Source: Planctomycetota bacterium
GTDB taxonomy: Bacteria; Planctomycetota; Planctomycetia; Planctomycetales; Planctomycetaceae
NCBI GenBank assembly: GCA_019347905.1
Contig: JAHWKJ010000001.1
Location: 1 to 43,237 of the forward strand
Direction: 5' to 3'
Length of the DNA stretch: 43,237 bases
Part shown: positions 1-11,822 of the stretch, piece by piece
How the letters are laid out: the number at the start of each line of letters is the position of its first letter
Position numbering within the stretch: the stretch's first letter is position 1
Made by a program: the position numbers and the translations under genes
Notes under the pieces: model-generated
Seen by the model: only the letters and a program-made list of their open reading frames with translations
Told to the model about the DNA's origin: nothing
Databases searched by the model: none

Positions 1-1495
1 CACCCTGCGTGAGCGTCTCGTAGGCGCTGTTGAGGCCCTGCGAAGTGCCCATCTCGTCGTTGTTGCCCTGCTGGAGCAGGTGATCGCCGAAGGCGTTCAC
101 CTGGTAGCCGCTCGAAAAGTCGAGCCGCGGCTGCGTGAGGCTGCGGGCCGCGCGAAGCTGCAGTTCCAGGCTCTTGAGCGTCCACTTCTGCCGCCGCAAT
201 TCGACGCGCCGCGTGAGCGCTTCCGCCAGCGAGATTTGCCAGTCGGGGATGAATTCCGCCGTCGCCGGCTCTGTAACGGGTCGCAGGATGGCGCCGTCAT
301 TCACGGGCAGTCCCAGGAGCCGTCGCAGCCGCGTCTCGATGGAATAGATGTCGGCCAGCGCGTTTTCGGCCCGGGCTCTGATATCGAAGTAGTTGTCGCG
401 GGCCTGGGCCTCATCGGCCGCCGAAACGCCACCCACGGCGAAGCGGGCCGCCAGATCCCGCCACGTCCGCAGAGCACTGTTCCGCGAGACGACTTCGCTG
501 TCGTACGTCCGGTAAGCAAGCGCCAGGTCCCAGTACAGGTCTTCGACGTCTTTCAGCAGGTTGCGGACGGCCAGCTCGAAGTCCGCAATCGTAATGTCGG
601 CGTTGATGCGGGCGATCACCACGCCCTGGCTGACGCCCGTGACGCCCGTAATCGTCTGGCCGATGGGGCCGTTGATCCGCGTAAACTCCGTGCCCGAGGC
701 CGCCCATAACGGCCGCGTGTATTCCGCCCGCAACAGGCCGGTGTACGCCGAGCCGAACAGGCGGCTGGGGACGTTGTTCAGCGTGTAATTCCAGTTGTGC
801 TCGACCGAGAACGTGCCGCCGTCGGCCATGGGCTTGGCGAGCTGCGAGGTAAATGCGGCCGCTTCTTCCGTCAGCGTGTCGCCCGGCTCCAGGCCGCCGG
901 ACAGGAAGCGGTTATTCTGCACCTGCTCGCTGCGGCTCCAGGTGATGCTGGAGGTCAACTGGGCGTCGAAGTCGGAGAGGGCCGCTTCAACGCCGCGGCG
1001 TCCGAACAGGACGCCCGAATCCTGAATCGCCGGATCGAACACCGACGAAACGGCTTCCGGGTTCCGCAGCAGCGTGTTGCCCGGCGAGAGAAACTCGCCC
1101 GAGCTGCGGATAATCTCGCTGTTGGCCAGCGACAGGTGGATCGCGTCGGCCAGCGTGAGGTCGATGATATCGGCGTCGGAGGGATGCCGGATGCGATGCG
1201 GCGCCTCGCTGGCGAGGACGGCGTCGGAATGCGCTTCCGGCTCGCCGACCGGCTCCGCGATCTGCGTCGCGATCTCCTTGTAGTAGGCGATCTCCGACTG
1301 CGGGAACGGCGTCGTTTGAAAAAAGTGCAATTGCGACCAGGGGCTTACGCAGCCGCTGCAGGCGACCAGCGCGGCGAGCAAGAGCCGCGGGAGCTTCCGC
1401 AGCCGCCCGGCGAAGCGGCGTCTTCCCCGCGGCCCCTCGAGGGAAGGGGCGGGCGAACGAACGTCGGCGGTGACTAGCCGCGGCCGGCCGTGCAT
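1..1495 (-). CDS. TolC/OprM-family outer membrane efflux lipoprotein (C-terminus runs off the window start)
   Basis: Absent from the supplied track because it is open at the window edge. My own minus-strand translation from the ATG (complement of 1493-1495) gives MHGRPRLV...RLLLAALVACSGC (lipobox LVAC). It continues DLTLADAIHLSLANSEIIRS..., ...DFELAVRNLLKDVEDLYWDLALAYRTYD... and ...AEALTRRVELRRQKWTLKSLELQLRAAR..., a two-repeat pattern typical of outer membrane efflux proteins. In-frame stop upstream at 1577-1579. Plus-strand ORFs 80-709 and 797-1477 are antisense artefacts. Confidence 0.75.
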   Translation of the reverse strand, partial: MHGRPRLVTADVRSPAPSLEGPRGRRRFAGRLRKLPRLLLAALVACSGCVSPWSQLHFFQTTPFPQSEIAYYKEIATQIAEPVGEPEAHSDAVLASEAPHRIRHPSDADIIDLTLADAIHLSLANSEIIRSSGEFLSPGNTLLRNPEAVSSVFDPAIQDSGVLFGRRGVEAALSDFDAQLTSSITWSRSEQVQNNRFLSGGLEPGDTLTEEAAAFTSQLAKPMADGGTFSVEHNWNYTLNNVPSRLFGSAYTGLLRAEYTRPLWAASGTEFTRINGPIGQTITGVTGVSQGVVIARINADITIADFELAVRNLLKDVEDLYWDLALAYRTYDSEVVSRNSALRTWRDLAARFAVGGVSAADEAQARDNYFDIRARAENALADIYSIETRLRRLLGLPVNDGAILRPVTEPATAEFIPDWQISLAEALTRRVELRRQKWTLKSLELQLRAARSLTQPRLDFSSGYQVNAFGDHLLQQGNNDEMGTSQGLNSAYETLTQG

Positions 1496-1631
1496 CGGCG
1501 CATGTCCCGGGCCCCCCCGAGGTTGCAGCCGAAACTCTGCGGCATAGGCGCAGACGGCCGCGCCGCAGAGTCGCTTTCACTGATATCGTCCGCATAACCG
1601 GCAAACTTGATGGGGATTTGTCCAAAACACC

Positions 1632-1783
1632 ATAGCCCGATGCGCAAAGCAAGGCGACATGGTAGCCCGACGCGCGAGCGCGGGAATCGTACATTAACCC
1701 GACGCGCCAGCGAGGGGACTTGGACGGTAGACCCACGCGCCAGCGAGGGAGGGATTCGTCTCCTCGGTTGCGCGTCGGGTTAG
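1632..1783. repeat. Array of four direct ~23-nt units (TAGCCCGACGCGC-NAGCGAGGG type) at ~30-34 bp spacing plus one inverted partial copy
   Basis: Units read directly: atagcccgatgcgcaaagcaagg (1632), gtagcccgacgcgcgagcgcggg (1662), ttaacccgacgcgccagcgagggg (1694), gtagacccacgcgccagcgaggga (1728). Inverted copy ggttgcgcgtcgggttag (1766-1783). Lies in the divergent intergenic region between the TolC-like gene and carB. Confidence 0.7.
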
Positions 1784-1996
1784 TGTGCCGGGCAAAGCGG
1801 CCCCGCTTGATATTCGGCGTCAGCTTGATACCGTTGGGAAGATTTGCGCCCGCGGTCTGGACGTTGCGAACCTTCCCGGTCTTTCGCACCGTTTCCTCTG
1901 CCGCGGGCGCTGCGGCCGTGCCCCGCGACCAGCTTCCGTACCCGCCGGCTCACGCCGGTCGGCTCGACTTGTCCTCTGTCTCCCGGTCCGCCTGCC

Positions 1997-5599
<3,603 letters not shown>

Positions 5600-5635
5600 C
5601 GCTCCGCCTGCCGCGGGAATGGTACTATCAGATGT

Positions 5636-6388
5636 ATGCCAGCACAGGTTGAATGCGCCGCGTGTGGGGAAAAGCTTCGTGAGCGCGTCGCGCAGTGCCC
5701 GATGTGCGGCAGCCCGTTGCCGCAACCTGCGGAGACTGAAACAGCAACGAACGTCGCCTGCTTCTGGTGCGACGCGCAATCGCCCCGGGAAGAAGTCAAT
5801 TGGATCTGGCTGGCCAGCGTAGCGTGTGATCTTTGCGGAGGAATGGGCCGTGCGTGTGCGTGCACGCGGAAGGCGGCGAAGTGCCGAGACTGCGCCTGGC
5901 GTCATGAGATCTGGCATGCCAAACTCACACGGGCCAGCACCATTCGTTTCTTTGCTGTGCTGCTGGCAGTTTCCATTCTGTCACTCGAGGTGGCAGCTCT
6001 GTGGGCGCAGCCGCTCTTGCACCTGATTGCCGCCTTGCTCGTCGTTTTTCTGCTGGCCGCAATTGAATGGGGACGCAGGCTTGATGTGGAGGCGCGGCGG
6101 AATCTCGGATGGTTCAGCGAACAACTTGCGGAGAAGGGATGGCGGGAGTGTGCTGTCGCCCAAACCATCGTGAAGTCTATGCGCTGCCGTTTCTGCGCGG
6201 GGACAGGTCGTGCCCCGAATCCGCCATCGGGCATTTGTCCCGTTTGCAAGGGAAATGGCTCTATTCGAACTGAACGGAGCGCAGGTCCTGCATGTCCCTA
6301 TTGTGGTGGAACAGGACGCAGGAGTGCGGCGCATGTGGAACAGGACCTTGTCTGCGAGAGATGTCAAGGCATCGGAGTTCTGCCGTGA
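5636..6388 (+). CDS. Membrane protein with N-terminal zinc-ribbon-like CxxC pairs, two predicted TM helices and a C-terminal DnaJ-type CXXCXGXG x4 zinc finger
   Basis: Track ORF. N-terminus CAACGEK...CPMCGS. Hydrophobic stretches IRFFAVLLAVSILSLEVAALWA and LIAALLVVFLLAAIEW. C-terminus CRFCAGTGR, CPVCKGNGS, CPYCGGTGR, CERCQGIG. High GC3 consistent with coding. Starts 36 nt after the carB stop. Confidence 0.6.
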   Translation: MPAQVECAACGEKLRERVAQCPMCGSPLPQPAETETATNVACFWCDAQSPREEVNWIWLASVACDLCGGMGRACACTRKAAKCRDCAWRHEIWHAKLTRASTIRFFAVLLAVSILSLEVAALWAQPLLHLIAALLVVFLLAAIEWGRRLDVEARRNLGWFSEQLAEKGWRECAVAQTIVKSMRCRFCAGTGRAPNPPSGICPVCKGNGSIRTERSAGPACPYCGGTGRRSAAHVEQDLVCERCQGIGVLP

Positions 6389-6573
6389 CGGCGGTGAGCA
6401 AGAGGCGGCGACCGTGCGCGACGACTGGATTAACTGAATTCGGGAATGCGGCCATGCGATCCACCTGGCTCGACACCGGCCTGACGGAAGACGACGACGC
6501 CCTGGATCGGCGATCGCTGGACTCCAGACACGCGTACCGGCCAAGGCCGGAGGCGAGATCGCCGCGTTCGGAG

Positions 6574-9423
6574 TTATCTCGCTGCGTCGAACAAGTCGTG
6601 CTGCGGCCAGTCGGTGACCGCGTCGGCGGCGCTGTGGACGAGCGGGTCGATGGCGCCGGCCAGGTGCATGATGTCGGCCGACTGCCGGGCGTTGAACAGC
6701 ACGACCCAGTTGCGGCCGTCGTGGCGGCGGACGAGGATCGTCGAGGTGCCCGGCAGCGAGCCGGTGTGCCACATGTTGCGCTTGCCAGCGCCCAACTCGC
6801 GCACCGACCAGCCGCACGCGTAATAGACAGGCGCAGCACTGCCGTCCGCACTCGGCGGTAACTGCGGGCGAGCCCACATCGTGCGGATCGACGCGGGCTT
6901 CAGCAACTGGCACTGCTTGAAATCGTCGAACGCCGCTGCGAACTTTGCCAAGTCGACGGCCGAGGCGATCCAGCCGCCGTGCGCATCCATCGCCTCCAGG
7001 TGCCATGCCCCATACGGCTGCGGCACCTCGCCGTTCAGGTCTTTGGCAAAGACTGAGCGGCCGCGGTTCGGGTCGTAGTAGCGCACCTCTTCGGCGTGGC
7101 GATCCTCCAGCCGCGTGCGGCCGATGCGTATCGTGCGGATGCCCAAGGGCGCCAGCACGCTCGCCTGCACGTGTTCTTCGTAGCTCTTGCCGGTGAGGCT
7201 CTCGATCGCGCGACCCAGCAGGCAGTACCCGTAGTTGGAATATGCGTACTTCTCGCCGGGGTTGCAGTCGAGCCGCCGGCCGTGCATGTAGCGGATGATG
7301 TGCTCGGGTCCCGCGGGCGGCGGCAGTTTGAAGGCCTCGGCGATGCGCACCGGCTGGAACATGGGGTCGAACGAGGCATTGCGGTCCCAGCCGCCCGTGT
7401 GCTCCAGAAGCTGGCGGATCGTCACCTCGCGCAGCCGCTCGTCGAAACTCGCGCCGTCCTCGAGGTGCGGCTCGACCTTCAGGATGTCGAACACGCGGTC
7501 GTCGAGCTTCAGCTTTCCCTGCTCGACGAGCTGCAGAATCGCCACCGCCGTGATCGGTTTTGAGATGCTGGCGATGCGGAACAGGCTCGTCGGCTCGACG
7601 GGTTTGCGGGCTTCGAGGTCGGCGTAGCCGTAGCCGCGGGCGTAGACGAGGCGGCCGCGATCGGTGACGGCGAGCGCTGCGCCCGGCACGCGATGCCGCT
7701 GCATGAAGTCCGTGATCAGCGTGTCGAAGCTTTCGAGCCGTCTGTCGAACGTGCCGGTCGAGATCTCGTGCGCCGCCCGCGCCGGATCGTAGCCGGGGCC
7801 GCGCAGCACGCGGCCCGGCCGTGCCCCGGTGAATTCGCCGTCGTCTAGGACTACGACGCCGTTGACCAGCACGTGCTTCACGCCCGTCGAAAGCTGCTGC
7901 GGCTCGGCGAACGTCGCGCGGTCGCCGATCTTTTCGTAGTCGAATACGACAATGTCGGCGGCCTGTCCGACGGCGATCCGGCCGCGGTCGAACGCCAGCA
8001 ATTCGTTGGCCGCGGCAGCGCTCATGCGCGAGACGGCCTCTTCCAGCGAGACCGCACCCAACTCGCGCACGTAACGTGCCAGCAACCGTGGAAAAGAACC
8101 GAAGGCCCGCGGATGCGACGCGATGCGGCTGCCGCCCGCCGGGCCCACGTCGGTGCAGAACGTGACGAATTCTTCCTTCACCAGCTTGAGCTTGTTGGCT
8201 TCGCTCATCGTTTGGGGGAGCGCGAAGGCGCCGACGCGGGCGATCTTGAAAAACACGTCCCACGGATCTTCACCGGTGACGCGGGCGATCTCGGCGACGC
8301 TGCGGCCGCTGTGCTGCGCGTACTCCTGCGCCCGAATGCTGCCGAGCACCACCTTGTCCCAGTCGCTGCCGGTGTGGCGAAACCAGTTCTCCCAGCCGCC
8401 TTCGGTCTCCATCTCGCGGCGGATCTGGGCGCGCAGGGACTCGTCGTCCAGCGACTTCTGTAGCGGTGCGATGCCGCGGGTGAAGTGTCGCGGATGGATG
8501 AACGCCGCGATGCCCAGGCCGTTGTTGATGTAAGGATAGATGTCGGCGGTGACCTGCTCTCCGGCGGCGCGGGCGGCCTTGATGCGGGCGATGGCGAGGT
8601 CCATCTTGCCCCAGTTCGCGCTGCCGGCGGCCTTCAGGTGGAAGATGTGCACCGGCGTGCCGGCCTGGCGGCCGACTTCCAGTGCCTCGTCGATGGCCTC
8701 GATCAGCCGGTCGCCCTCGTTCCGCATGTGGGTGAAGTAGCGGCCGCCGTATTCGCCGGCGACGCGGGCGAGGGCGGCGATTTCCTCGGTGGTGGCGTAG
8801 ACGGCCGGCGGATAGATGAGAGCCGTCGAGACGCCGATGGCGCCGTCTTCCATCGCCCGCCGCACCAGGGCCTGCATCTGCGCGAGTTCGTCTTCAGTGG
8901 GACGGCGGTCGACGTCGCCCAGCACGATCCTCCGCACCTGCGTGTGCCCCACTGTCTGGGCAACATTCACCGGCAGCCCGGCCTGCTCGAGCAACTGGAA
9001 GTATTCGGCGAACGTCTTCCAGCCCTGGCTGCGGGCGTCGTCGTCGCCGAGCGGAGCGGCCGAAGCGCCTTCGCCGGCGTTGATCGTGGTGATGCCCTGC
9101 GTGAGCAGGTTCTTCGCCGACGCCGGGTCTTCGAGAAACGGCGTGGCCGTCTGGCCCATCATGTCGACGAAGCCGGGCGCGACGACGAGACCGGCCGCAT
9201 CGATCGTTCGCCCCGTCTCGGCTCCGTCCAGGCGGCCGATCCGCACGATCAGCCCATCGCGGATGGCCACGTCGGCGACGTACCACGGCGCGCCGCCGCC
9301 ATCGACGATCCGCCCGCCGCGGATGATGACGTCGAACCGGCCGCCGTCATCGGCCGGCGCAGAGTGCGGGACAAGCAACGCAAGGATGGCGATGGCGGCG
9401 GTCATTTTCATAGGACCAGCCAT
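6574..9423 (-). CDS. Secreted fusion protein: N-acyl-D-amino-acid deacylase-family amidohydrolase plus beta-lactamase-fold serine hydrolase
   Basis: Track ORF of 949 aa with signal peptide MKMTAAIAILALLVPHSAPA. N-terminal half has D-aminoacylase-like blocks (FDVIIRGGRIVDG, YFTHMRNEG, VHIFHLKAAG, DIYPY, ASHPRAFGSFPRLLARYVRE). C-terminal half has the SxxK motif (ASISK) and YSN (YAYSNYGY) of class C / DD-peptidase-like hydrolases. Confidence 0.85.
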   Translation of the reverse strand: MAGPMKMTAAIAILALLVPHSAPADDGGRFDVIIRGGRIVDGGGAPWYVADVAIRDGLIVRIGRLDGAETGRTIDAAGLVVAPGFVDMMGQTATPFLEDPASAKNLLTQGITTINAGEGASAAPLGDDDARSQGWKTFAEYFQLLEQAGLPVNVAQTVGHTQVRRIVLGDVDRRPTEDELAQMQALVRRAMEDGAIGVSTALIYPPAVYATTEEIAALARVAGEYGGRYFTHMRNEGDRLIEAIDEALEVGRQAGTPVHIFHLKAAGSANWGKMDLAIARIKAARAAGEQVTADIYPYINNGLGIAAFIHPRHFTRGIAPLQKSLDDESLRAQIRREMETEGGWENWFRHTGSDWDKVVLGSIRAQEYAQHSGRSVAEIARVTGEDPWDVFFKIARVGAFALPQTMSEANKLKLVKEEFVTFCTDVGPAGGSRIASHPRAFGSFPRLLARYVRELGAVSLEEAVSRMSAAAANELLAFDRGRIAVGQAADIVVFDYEKIGDRATFAEPQQLSTGVKHVLVNGVVVLDDGEFTGARPGRVLRGPGYDPARAAHEISTGTFDRRLESFDTLITDFMQRHRVPGAALAVTDRGRLVYARGYGYADLEARKPVEPTSLFRIASISKPITAVAILQLVEQGKLKLDDRVFDILKVEPHLEDGASFDERLREVTIRQLLEHTGGWDRNASFDPMFQPVRIAEAFKLPPPAGPEHIIRYMHGRRLDCNPGEKYAYSNYGYCLLGRAIESLTGKSYEEHVQASVLAPLGIRTIRIGRTRLEDRHAEEVRYYDPNRGRSVFAKDLNGEVPQPYGAWHLEAMDAHGGWIASAVDLAKFAAAFDDFKQCQLLKPASIRTMWARPQLPPSADGSAAPVYYACGWSVRELGAGKRNMWHTGSLPGTSTILVRRHDGRNWVVLFNARQSADIMHLAGAIDPLVHSAADAVTDWPQHDLFDAAR

Positions 9424-9468
9424 TGTGCCAGTCCGCGCGCCGCACCGCCATTGTTCGCGGGCCGCGAC

Positions 9469-9534
9469 GTTTAGCCGCGTCCCAACGGGACGCGCGGGTG
9501 CAGTGCCACGCGTCCCGTTGGGACGCGGCTAAAC
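9469..9534. repeat. Perfect 26-nt inverted repeat with GTTTAGCCGCG...CGCGGCTAAAC termini (family B, copy 1)
   Basis: gtttagccgcgtcccaacgggacgcg (9469-9494), 14-nt loop, cgcgtcccgttgggacgcggctaaac (9509-9534). Each arm holds a nested mini-hairpin GCGTCCC-aac-GGGACGC. Lies in a divergent intergenic region. Confidence 0.9.
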
Positions 9535-9650
9535 GCAAGCGCGCCGCGGTGAAACGCCGTTTGGTCGCGGCCGCATGGGGTTTCGAGGTACGATAGGACC
9601 TCATTGATGGGTCAAAACTTTTTCAATCGATTTACGAGGGACGTACCGCG

Positions 9651-10715
9651 TTGCCTGTCATCACTGCGGACAAGCTGCTGGCGTTTGCGGCCAAGTTGCT
9701 CGAAGCCGGCGGGGCCGGTGCGGCTGAGGCGCGAGTGGTCGCCGAAAGCCTCGTGGGTGCGAATCTCCGCGGGCACGATTCCCACGGCGTGATGCGGATT
9801 CCGTTTTACGTCGCCGGCGTCAAGAGCGGCGTCCTGCAGCCTGACGCGCATCTAGTCGTCGAACGCGAAAGACCGGCGGCGCTCGTCTGCGACGGCGGCT
9901 GGGGCTTCGGGCAGGTCGTGTCGCGCGAACTAACCGAGCGGCTCATCGACAAGGCCGCCGAGGCGGGCGTCGCCTGCGGTACGCTCAAGCGTTCGGCCCA
10001 TATCGGCCGGCTCGGCGAGTACGCGGAACTGGCGGCCGAACGCGGGATGGCGGCTCTCGTGTGTGCGAACACCCACGGCGCAGCACAGCGGGTCGCGCCG
10101 GTCGGCGGAAAGCGGCCGCGGCTGGGGACCAACCCGCTGTGTCTCGGGATGCCCGGTGGGGCGGAGGGGCCGTTCGTGCTCGATTTCGGCACCAGCGCCA
10201 CGGCGGAAGGCAAAGTCCGCGTAAAGAAAATCGCCGGGCAGCCGGTGCCGGAGGGCTGGATCCTCGATCCCGAAGGCCGCCCGACGACCGACCCCAACCA
10301 GCTTTACGGCGATCCGCCCGGCACGATTCTGCCGATGGGCGGGCCGCAGGCGTACAAAGGCTTCGGGCTGGCGTTTCTGATCGAAATGTTGTGCGGCGGC
10401 CTTTCGGGCGGGCAGTGTGCGTACGAGAATCCGCCGCCGCCGCTCGGGAACTGCGCGCTGTTCGTCGTCTTTGCCCCGGAGCAACTCGGTGGAGCGGCGC
10501 ACCTGGCTGACGAAGTGGCGCGGCTGGAGAAGTACGTCCGTGGGGTGCCGCGGATCGACGGCGTGAAAGACATCACGCTGCCCGGCGATCCGGAACGCCG
10601 TGTACTGGTGGGACGTTCACGGGGCGGCATACCGCTCGACGAGGGAAACTGGCGGGCGCTCGTGGCGCTGGCCGGCGAACTCGATGTTTCGCCGCCCGAA
10701 ACGGAGACTGCATGA
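9651..10715 (+). CDS. Ldh_2 family (malate/L-lactate/ureidoglycolate-type) NAD(P)-dependent oxidoreductase
   Basis: Track ORF with a TTG start. Motifs LVGANLRGHDSHGVMRIPFYV, GTNPLCLGMPG, DFGTSATAEGKV and GYKGFGLAFLIEML are typical of the family. Confidence 0.85.
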   Translation: MPVITADKLLAFAAKLLEAGGAGAAEARVVAESLVGANLRGHDSHGVMRIPFYVAGVKSGVLQPDAHLVVERERPAALVCDGGWGFGQVVSRELTERLIDKAAEAGVACGTLKRSAHIGRLGEYAELAAERGMAALVCANTHGAAQRVAPVGGKRPRLGTNPLCLGMPGGAEGPFVLDFGTSATAEGKVRVKKIAGQPVPEGWILDPEGRPTTDPNQLYGDPPGTILPMGGPQAYKGFGLAFLIEMLCGGLSGGQCAYENPPPPLGNCALFVVFAPEQLGGAAHLADEVARLEKYVRGVPRIDGVKDITLPGDPERRVLVGRSRGGIPLDEGNWRALVALAGELDVSPPETETA

Positions 10716-11035
10716 TGAGCGATCGCGAACAACATCCGTCCGGAGCCGGCGGCTCAGAGGCTGGTGAAGATAGCGGCCGGGTTTCCGTCGGCGACGACTG
10801 CCGCCTCTACGTACCCGATCCCGAGGGCTTCGAGGCCCGCCTCAAACAGGGCTGGGAGAAGGAGTACTGCTACCTGCAGAACCCCGACGAAGACCACTTC
10901 CACCTGCTGATGAACGGCGAGATCTACCTGGAGCGCGGCGGCGAGAAGTACTGCCTGCGCTGCGCGCTGCGGCATGGCCTCGTAACGACCGAGCGCCTCA
11001 ACTGGCAGCGCGGCAGCGACCCGGCCATCGCGTGA
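10712..11035 (+). CDS. Hypothetical small protein, translationally coupled to the Ldh_2 gene
   Basis: Track ORF. ATGA start/stop overlap with the upstream gene (10712-10715). High GC3. C-terminal CLRC pair. No family recognised. Confidence 0.5.
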   Translation: MMSDREQHPSGAGGSEAGEDSGRVSVGDDCRLYVPDPEGFEARLKQGWEKEYCYLQNPDEDHFHLLMNGEIYLERGGEKYCLRCALRHGLVTTERLNWQRGSDPAIA

Positions 11036-11249
11036 CGTGCGGCTCCGGCGATCGAGGATCGCGTGGTGGCGTGCCGGGTGCGGGCGCTGGGAAACGCGCC
11101 GATTGACGCGGCTCGGCGCAGCCGTTTAGGATGGCACGGGGGCTCCGGCGGCGGGCTCGGGGCGGAGCCGGGACGAAGAAACCACACCTGCGGGCTGGGC
11201 GCCTACATGGGAAGCGCGGTCGGTCCGCCGCGGACGGAGGGCTTCAGCA

Positions 11250-11807
11250 ATGCAACCCGGACGAATGCTTCAAATCGCGGCCGCAGGCCTGTTCCTCGCG
11301 GTGCTGGCCGCCGCGCCGGCCGCCGCCGAGTCGCCGACGGTGCCCGTGCAGACGCTCACCTGGCGGACGAGCGACGCGGGCGGTTCTCCGTCTGTCGCCG
11401 TCGAGCCGGTCTATCACCGCTGGTACTACGGCCCGCGCTACGGCGGGTACTGGAACTATCATCCACGGAGCTCGTTCTCCTTCGGCATCGGCAGTGGCTT
11501 CGGGTACGGCTATCCGTACTATTCGTACTACCGCCCGCGGTACTACGGCTACAGCTTCTACCGTCCGCGGTATTACAGCTATTCCACGTTCTATCGGCCG
11601 TCGTACAGTTACAGCTACACTCCCCGCTTCTACGGCTACAGCGGGATGTACCACCGGCCGTATTCGCCGTCGTACCACGGCTATTACAGCCGCCCGTACT
11701 ACCGCAGCCACTACCACCATGGGGTATACGGCGGGTACGGACGCGGCGGGTACGGACGCGGCTGGTGCGGCGACGACTGGGACGACGACGACTGGTGGGA
11801 TGATTGA
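11250..11807 (+). CDS. Secreted Tyr/Arg/Gly/Pro/Ser-rich low-complexity protein with an acidic Trp/Asp C-terminal tail
   Basis: Track ORF. Signal peptide MQPGRMLQIAAAGLFLAVLAAAPAAA. 36 Tyr by my count in ~159 mature residues, with YRPRYYGYSF-like repeats. Tail CGDDWDDDDWWDD. GGAGGG about 12 nt upstream of the ATG. Confidence 0.65.
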   Translation: MQPGRMLQIAAAGLFLAVLAAAPAAAESPTVPVQTLTWRTSDAGGSPSVAVEPVYHRWYYGPRYGGYWNYHPRSSFSFGIGSGFGYGYPYYSYYRPRYYGYSFYRPRYYSYSTFYRPSYSYSYTPRFYGYSGMYHRPYSPSYHGYYSRPYYRSHYHHGVYGGYGRGGYGRGWCGDDWDDDDWWDD

Positions 11808-11822
11808 GCCGATTGCGGCGCA

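Noticed and set aside
1632-1783. Possible CRISPR array (also considered for 26778-26875 and the octamer hairpins)
   Set aside because: Units are degenerate. The gaps of about 8-10 nt are far too short for spacers. One copy is inverted. No cas genes are in the window. The other elements are simple 7-8-nt tandem repeats.
1844-1996. N-terminal 51-codon extension of the carB track ORF
   Set aside because: Pro/Arg/Ser-rich and unlike CarB N-termini. An in-frame GTG at 1997 places the start about 8 residues before the conserved KILIIGSGP block.
5981-8263. 760-aa minus-strand ORF overlapping the aminoacylase-fusion gene out of frame
   Set aside because: Extreme Arg/Pro/Ala content with no motifs. 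The same strand has the 949-aa ORF (6574-9423) with clear enzyme signatures.
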